A DNA stretch of 34,482 nucleotides from an uncultured Ornithinicoccus sp. (GTDB taxonomy: Bacteria > Actinomycetota > Actinomycetes > Actinomycetales > Dermatophilaceae). Under the pieces are notes generated by a model. The model worked only from the letters and a program-made list of their open reading frames with translations, had not been told where the DNA came from and did no database searches. This document shows, piece after piece, positions 29,268 through 34,482 of the stretch; position 1 is the stretch's first letter; every line of letters starts with the position of its first letter. A program made the translations under genes and the position numbers. Where the stretch lies: contig CAYRLV010000001.1 of the NCBI GenBank assembly GCA_964425155.1, positions 1 to 34,482 on the forward strand, written 5' to 3'.

Positions 29268-29330
29268 GGCGGGCACCCGCCATACCGACCCGCGTGCGGG
29301 TCAGCACGTCGAGACGGACACACTGACGAC

Positions 29331-30971
29331 ATGGACCACGCTGCCCCCGACCCGACCTCGACCACCCTCTACCGCGGTGGCTTCGTCTACAGCCCGGTCG
29401 ACCCCTTCGCCACCGCCATGCTGGTGCACGGCGAGCAGATCGCGTGGGTGGGTTCGGACGAGGCGGCCCGGACGCACGCCGACGCCGCCGACCACGTGGT
29501 CGAGTTGGACGGTGCACTGGTCACGCCGGCCTTCGTGGACGCGCACGTGCACACCTCGATGACGGGGCAGGGTCTCGACGGGGTCGACCTGTCGCAGACG
29601 TCGTCGCTGAGCGAGGCCCTGCGGCTGATCGAGACGGCGGCCCGGCACGGCAGGGGCCGGCCGATCTACGCGCACTCGTGGGACGAGACCGCCTGGCCGG
29701 AGCGGCGGCCGGTCACCCGGCAGGAGCTGGACCGCGCGACCTATGGCGGCGTCGTCTACATGCCGCGGGTGGACGCCCACTCGGCCACGGTCTCGACCGC
29801 CCTGGCCCATGCGGCGGACGCGGTGGGACGCGACGGCTGGGACGACACCGGGGTGGTGTTCCGGGACGCGCACCACGCGGTGCGGGACTCGTTCTACGCG
29901 GGGATCACCCCGGCCGACCGGCGGCACTACATCGACGTGGCCATGCGCGCGGCGGCGGAGGCGGGCGTCGGTCTCATCCACGAGATGGGCGCACCGCACA
30001 TCGGCGCGCCGGACGACCTGGCCGACGTCGTCGCCGCGGGCGACCGCGGTGACGGCCCGCAGGTCGTGCCCTACTGGGGCGCGCTGGTGGACTCGGAGCA
30101 GGCGGCCCGCGAGGAGGGATCGCGCACCGGCGCGCGGGGGCTGGCCGGCGACCTGTGCGCGGACGGCTCGATCGGATCCCGGACCGCGCACCTGCGCGAG
30201 CCCTACCTGGACGGACCCGATCCGGCGCACCGGGGCACCGGCTACCTGACCGCCGACGAGGTGGCGGCCCACGTCGCGGCGTGCACCCTGGCCGGTCTGC
30301 AGGCGGGCTTCCACGTCATCGGTGACGCCGCTCTCGACACCGTCCTCGCCGGCCTGCGCGCGGCCGCGGAGCAGGTCGGGGCGGACCGGGTCCGGGCGGC
30401 CCGGCACCGTCTCGAGCACGTCGAGCTGGTCGACGACGCGGCGATCAAGACCCTGGTGGATCTCGGCGTGCACGCCAGCGTGCAACCGGTCTTCGAGGCG
30501 TGGTGGGGCGGCTCGGAGGGCATGTATGCGGCGCGGCTGGGTGCCGCGCGCAGCCTCGCCAGCAACCCCGTCGCCAGCATGGCGGCAGCCGGCGTCTCGC
30601 TCGCCCTCGGCTCGGACACCCCGGTGACGCCGTTCGCGCCCTGGGAGGCGGTGCGCGCCTGCATCGCCCACCACGCGCCCGAGCAGCGCATCTCGGCCCG
30701 GTCGGCCTTCCTCGCCCACACCCGGGGCGGATGGCGGGCCGCCGGCATCGACGACCGTGGCCACCTCGACCTCGGCCAGCCGGCGACCTTCGTCGTCTGG
30801 CAGGTGGGCGACCTGGTCGTGCAGGCGCCGGACGAGCGGATCCAGACGTGGAGCACCGACCCCCGGTCGGGCACGCCCGGGCTTCCCGACCTGTCCGAGG
30901 GCGCCGAGCTGCCGATCGCCCTGCGCACGGTCGTGCGCGGTCGCACCGTCTTCGATCGCCTCGACGGGTGA
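29331..30971 (+). CDS. Metal-dependent amidohydrolase (amidohydrolase 3/YtcJ-like)
   Basis: PAFVDAHVH, DGSIGSRTA, FHVIGD, HRLEHVE, LGSDTP. Confidence 0.92.
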   Translation: MDHAAPDPTSTTLYRGGFVYSPVDPFATAMLVHGEQIAWVGSDEAARTHADAADHVVELDGALVTPAFVDAHVHTSMTGQGLDGVDLSQTSSLSEALRLIETAARHGRGRPIYAHSWDETAWPERRPVTRQELDRATYGGVVYMPRVDAHSATVSTALAHAADAVGRDGWDDTGVVFRDAHHAVRDSFYAGITPADRRHYIDVAMRAAAEAGVGLIHEMGAPHIGAPDDLADVVAAGDRGDGPQVVPYWGALVDSEQAAREEGSRTGARGLAGDLCADGSIGSRTAHLREPYLDGPDPAHRGTGYLTADEVAAHVAACTLAGLQAGFHVIGDAALDTVLAGLRAAAEQVGADRVRAARHRLEHVELVDDAAIKTLVDLGVHASVQPVFEAWWGGSEGMYAARLGAARSLASNPVASMAAAGVSLALGSDTPVTPFAPWEAVRACIAHHAPEQRISARSAFLAHTRGGWRAAGIDDRGHLDLGQPATFVVWQVGDLVVQAPDERIQTWSTDPRSGTPGLPDLSEGAELPIALRTVVRGRTVFDRLDG

Positions 30972-31009
30972 CGACTGGCGGGAGGGATGACGGCCGCCAT
31001 ACCGGGGCG

Positions 31010-31040
31010 CCTCGGCGTGTCGCGTCACGACACGCCGAGG
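31010..31040. repeat. Perfect 13-bp inverted repeat with two GACAC boxes (terminator or operator)
   Basis: CCTCGGCGTGTCG-CGTCA-CGACACGCCGAGG. Confidence 0.65.
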
Positions 31041-31124
31041 TTCACGAAAAAGCCTGCCCTCCGGTCGGTTTCGGCACCCCGCCGTGACCTGCACCTTTGC
31101 GTATCGTCGCAGGTCATCGGCCGG

Positions 31125-31152
31125 TTGACAGCGCATGTGCAGGGGGTATGTT
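31125..31152 (+). promoter_or_regulatory. Near-consensus sigmaA/HrdB promoter
   Basis: TTGACA (31125-31130), 16 nt, TATGTT (31147-31152). Confidence 0.75.
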
Positions 31153-31158
31153 TTGGCG

Positions 31159-31399
31159 AGTTGTCCGCTGTTCCTCCTCGGAGCCAGGCGGCACACGGAC
31201 GGTAGAACCCGGGTCCAGGGCGGCTTGCGCGCGCAGCCGCCGTGCAACCAGATCCGCGGTGGCTGCCGCCCGTCTGCCGGCCCACCTCCCGGGATGCGGA
31301 CGACGGGAGGGCCCGCGCGCTTAGTAGACAACAACGCTTGGTCGGCAGCCGGTCGGCCCGGCGTTGGTCCCAACGGCGGCGCGGGCCTTCTCGTGTCTT
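31159..31399 (+). ncRNA. Unannotated structured non-coding RNA candidate (~240 nt)
   Basis: Strong promoter with no credible ORF, at least six complementary segment pairs, GC stem plus pyrimidine-rich tail at the 3' end; lnt has its own -10. Confidence 0.62.
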
Positions 31400-31410
31400 A
31401 ACGTGGGAGC

Positions 31411-33024
31411 GTGTACCGCTACCTGCTCGCGATCGCGTCCGGGATCGCGATCTGGTTGGCGTTCCCCGGCCATGATCTCTGGCCGCTGGCGATCGTCGGT
31501 GTCGCGCTGTTGGCCCTGGCCACCCGCGGGGTCGGCGCGGGCAAGGGGTTCGTCCTCGGCCTGCTGAGCGGGCTGGCCGCCTTCGTGCCGCTGCTGTCCT
31601 GGTCCGGCATCTACGTCGGCAAGCTTCCCTGGTTTGCGCTCGCCACCGTGGAGGCGCTGTTCATCGCGGTGCTCGGGGCGGCGCAGGCGCTCGTGCAGGG
31701 CGGTCGGCCGCTCGTGCAGGGCGCCCGGCCGCTCGCTCCGCCGCACCGGGTGCACCCGTTCGCGGTGGCCCTGTTGTGGGTGGCGCAGGAGTGGCTGCGG
31801 TCGCGGCAGCCCTTCGGTGGCTTTCCCTGGGTGCGCTTGGCCTTCAGCCAGGCCGACTCGCCGTTGGTGCACCTGGCGGCCTGGGCGGGCGCGCCGTTGG
31901 TGACCTTCGCCGTGGCCCTGGCAGGTGGGCTCCTGGCCGTGGGGGTGGCCCGGATCGAGCGCCCGCGCTCGGGGGTGGCCGGTGGGGTGCACCGGGTGCT
32001 TCCCGCCGCGACGTCGGTGGCCGCGGCGGCGGCACTGGTCCTCCTGCCGGCGCTGATCCCGACGCCCACGGACGGGCCGAAGGCCGTGGTCATGGGCGTG
32101 CAGGGCAACGTGCCGACGGCCGGTCTCGACTTCAACGCCCAGCGACGCGCCGTGCTGGACAACCACGCGAGTCTCACCGAGGAGGCGGCCCGGCGCGTCG
32201 ATGCCGGCGAGCTGCCGCACCCGGACCTCGTCGTCTGGCCGGAGAACTCCTCCGACATCGACCCGTTGCGCAACGCGGACGCGGCCACCGAGATCGCGCA
32301 CGCGGTCGAGGACATCGGTGCGCCGGTCATCGTCGGTGCCGTGCTCGACGAGCCGGCCCCGAAGGTGTCCAACGCCAGCCTGCTCTACCGACCGGGGGAG
32401 GGCGTGGTGGACCGGTACGTCAAGCAACACCCGGTGCCGTTCGCCGAGTACATCCCCTACCGGTCCTTCTTCCGGCACTTCAGCGACAAGGTCGACCTGG
32501 TCTCGCGCGACTTCGCGGCCGGCGACAAGGTGGGGATCTTCCGGGTGCCGTCGAAGAGCGCGGGCACCATCGTGGCGGGTCCCACCATCTGCTTCGAGGT
32601 GGCCTACGACGGGCTGGTCCGTGACGCCGTCGACGACGGGGCCAATCTGCTGGTCGTGCAGACCAACAACGCCACCTTCGGGTACTCGGACGAGTCGGAA
32701 CAGCAGCTGGCGATCTCGCGACTTCGGGCGGTCGAGCACGGCCGGTCGGTCGTCCACATCTCGACCGTCGGGGTGAGCGGTCTGATCACGCCGGACGGAA
32801 CCGTGCACGAGACCAGCTCGTTGTTCACTCGAGCGCTGCTCACCGGACGGCTCCCGCTGCGGGACCAGATCACCTGGGCCGACCGGGTCGGGGACTGGCC
32901 GGAGGACATCGCCGCGGCCGCCGCCGTCCTGTGGGTTCTGGTCGCGATCGGACGGCGCCGGGCCGGTAGGGTGCAGCGACGCCCCGACCAGCACGGAACC
33001 CCGGAAGGGACCCAGCCCTCATGA
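31411..33024 (+). CDS. lnt: Apolipoprotein N-acyltransferase
   Basis: PFGGFPW, VQGNVP, VWPENS (Glu), YVKQHPVPFAEYIP (Lys), ICFEVAY (Cys), QTNNATF, RAVEHGR. Confidence 0.97.
   Translation: MYRYLLAIASGIAIWLAFPGHDLWPLAIVGVALLALATRGVGAGKGFVLGLLSGLAAFVPLLSWSGIYVGKLPWFALATVEALFIAVLGAAQALVQGGRPLVQGARPLAPPHRVHPFAVALLWVAQEWLRSRQPFGGFPWVRLAFSQADSPLVHLAAWAGAPLVTFAVALAGGLLAVGVARIERPRSGVAGGVHRVLPAATSVAAAAALVLLPALIPTPTDGPKAVVMGVQGNVPTAGLDFNAQRRAVLDNHASLTEEAARRVDAGELPHPDLVVWPENSSDIDPLRNADAATEIAHAVEDIGAPVIVGAVLDEPAPKVSNASLLYRPGEGVVDRYVKQHPVPFAEYIPYRSFFRHFSDKVDLVSRDFAAGDKVGIFRVPSKSAGTIVAGPTICFEVAYDGLVRDAVDDGANLLVVQTNNATFGYSDESEQQLAISRLRAVEHGRSVVHISTVGVSGLITPDGTVHETSSLFTRALLTGRLPLRDQITWADRVGDWPEDIAAAAAVLWVLVAIGRRRAGRVQRRPDQHGTPEGTQPS
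31688..31735 (+). repeat. In-frame 21-bp tandem duplication inside lnt
   Basis: CGCTCGTGCAGGGCGGTCGGC / CGCTCGTGCAGGGCGCCCGGC encoding LVQGGRP-LVQGARP. Confidence 0.75.
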
Positions 33025-33845
33025 GCTCGTCCGCCACGGAGCCCGCCGACGCGACCTCGGCGGGTCGGCGCGGGGTCGGTCAGGTCCTCGTGCTCGTGCC
33101 GACCTACAACGAGCGGGAGAATCTCCCGCGCATCGTCAGCCGCATCCGCACCGCCGCACCGGAGGCGGACGTGCTCGTGCTCGACGACAACTCCCCGGAC
33201 GGGACCGGAGCGGTCGCGGACGACCTGGCCCGGGAGGACCGGCAGGTCCGGGTCCTCCACCGGCCGGGCAAGGAAGGTCTCGGCGCCGCCTACCTCGCCG
33301 GGTTCGGGTGGGGGCTGAGCCACGGCTACGACGTGCTGGTGGAGATCGACGCGGACGGGTCCCACCCGCCCGAGCGGCTGCCGGAGATGTTCGCGGCACT
33401 GCAGCACGCCGACGTGGTGATCGGGTCGCGCTGGGTGCGTGGCGGTTCGGTGGTCAACTGGCCGCTGCACCGGGAGGCCCTGAGCCGGGGCAGCAACCTC
33501 TACACCCGGGTGCTGCTCGGGATGCCGGTCCACGACGCCACGGCGGGATTCCGTGCCTACCGGGCGGGCGCGCTGCGCGCTCTCGGGCTCGGCGACGACA
33601 CGGCGCAGGGCTACTTCTTCCAGGTCGACCTCACCTGGCGGGCGGTGCGCGCCGGCCTGACCATCGTGGAAGTGCCCATCACCTTCGTCGAGCGCGAGAC
33701 GGGGGTGTCCAAGATGAGCCGGGACATCATCAAGGACTCCGCCGCCAGAGTGACCCGCCGGGGGATCGAGTACCGGCTGGGGCAACTGGCCGGCCTGCCC
33801 CGCATACTGCGACGGGAGCCGACGTGGCACCAGCTCGAGGACTGA
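33021..33845 (+). CDS. ppm1: Polyprenol-monophosphomannose synthase (GT2)
   Basis: PTYNERENL, DDNSPDGTG, GLGAAY, DADGSH, DATAGFR, FVERETGVSKMS; ATGA-coupled to lnt. Confidence 0.93.
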   Translation: MSSSATEPADATSAGRRGVGQVLVLVPTYNERENLPRIVSRIRTAAPEADVLVLDDNSPDGTGAVADDLAREDRQVRVLHRPGKEGLGAAYLAGFGWGLSHGYDVLVEIDADGSHPPERLPEMFAALQHADVVIGSRWVRGGSVVNWPLHREALSRGSNLYTRVLLGMPVHDATAGFRAYRAGALRALGLGDDTAQGYFFQVDLTWRAVRAGLTIVEVPITFVERETGVSKMSRDIIKDSAARVTRRGIEYRLGQLAGLPRILRREPTWHQLED

Positions 33846-34432
33846 ACCCGCCGGGCGGACGAGTGCCACCCGGCGGCCAGGGACAGCCACGACCGTCACG
33901 TCGGGCACGGGCGTGGCTCGCGGTCCTGTTGCTCGTGCCGTTGGTCGAGATCGTCGTCGCCATCCTCGTCGGTCAGGCGATCGGTGGCTGGCTGACGTTC
34001 GTGCTGCTGCTGGCCCTCTCGCTGCTCGGGCTCGTGCTCGTCAAGCGCGAGGGGCGGCGCACCTGGGCCGCGCTCAACACCGCGCTGCGCAGTGGCGCCA
34101 TGCCGGCCCGCGAGATCGCGGACGCGGTGCTGGTCCTGGTCGGTGGTGTGCTGTTGCTCACACCCGGCTTCCTGACCGCGGTCGTCGGGCTGTTGTTCCT
34201 GCTGCCGTTCACCCGGCCGGTGACCAGGCGCTGGCTCGAGCTCGCCGTCAGCAGGCGGCTGTTGCGCACCCCCGGCGTCCCGCCCAGCATGGGTGGGCCG
34301 AGCGGCCCCGGTGGCGCGTCCAGCGGCGGGCGGTCGCCGGGTCCGCAGCCCGGCGGTCAGGCGCCGGGGTCGAGTGGCAACACCCGCAAACCGCCACCGG
34401 ACGACGACATCATCGAGGGCGAGATCCTCTGA
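33824..34432 (+). CDS. fxsA: FxsA family membrane protein
   Basis: PLVEI..VGQAIG, LVKREG, GGVLLLTPGFLT, C-terminal IIEGEIL; start GTG 33824 (GGGAG SD, CATACT -10 upstream) is tentative. Confidence 0.88.
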   Translation: MAPARGLNPPGGRVPPGGQGQPRPSRRARAWLAVLLLVPLVEIVVAILVGQAIGGWLTFVLLLALSLLGLVLVKREGRRTWAALNTALRSGAMPAREIADAVLVLVGGVLLLTPGFLTAVVGLLFLLPFTRPVTRRWLELAVSRRLLRTPGVPPSMGGPSGPGGASSGGRSPGPQPGGQAPGSSGNTRKPPPDDDIIEGEIL

Positions 34433-34482
34433 CCGCCTCCTGACGTGCACGTTCCGCGGATCCGTGGACTTCGCACGCCCCG

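Noticed and set aside
31157-31332. RNA candidate as RNase P, SRP or tmRNA (GAGTTG start, GCTTA..CAAC end, GAACCCGGGTCC segment)
   Set aside because: Lacks GAGGAAAGTCC and ACAGAA..CGGCTTA of rnpB, the SRP helix-8 motif, and tmRNA acceptor ends/tag ORF
31135-31401. 88-aa ORF and other short ORFs over the RNA candidate
   Set aside because: Start lies inside the promoter spacer, no SD, atypical codon usage, no motifs
1-34482. CRISPR array, tRNA/rRNA, transposase, integrase, or WYL-linked defence system
   Set aside because: No repeat-spacer array or such genes seen; the WYL genes are the housekeeping pafBC pair

Overview
High-GC actinomycete chromosome segment (gene content suggests Micrococcales-like; not verifiable here). 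Left: partial ABC transporter and an epimerase, then the conserved pupylation/Tat block (pafA, two FKBP PPIases, DUF3866-like gene, pafB, pafC, small membrane protein, tatA, tatC, DAG-kinase family, helY). Middle: acyl-CoA dehydrogenase with a 24-bp palindromic operator, PH-domain protein, 5'-3' exonuclease, Lrp regulator. An apparently accessory stretch follows: a Trp-free trpS under a Trp-Trp leader-peptide attenuator, a 1277-aa S8 protease with a LAL regulator and a duplicated operator/promoter, ybaK, an L,D-transpeptidase and a serine hydrolase. Right: amidohydrolase, lnt, ppm1, fxsA. Best novelty candidate: an unannotated ~240-nt, apparently independently transcribed, multi-helix and possibly doubly pseudoknotted RNA at ~31159-31399 between the amidohydrolase and lnt, behind a near-consensus sigmaA promoter. 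No tRNA, rRNA, CRISPR array or transposase seen. All family calls are by motif recognition, not database searches.
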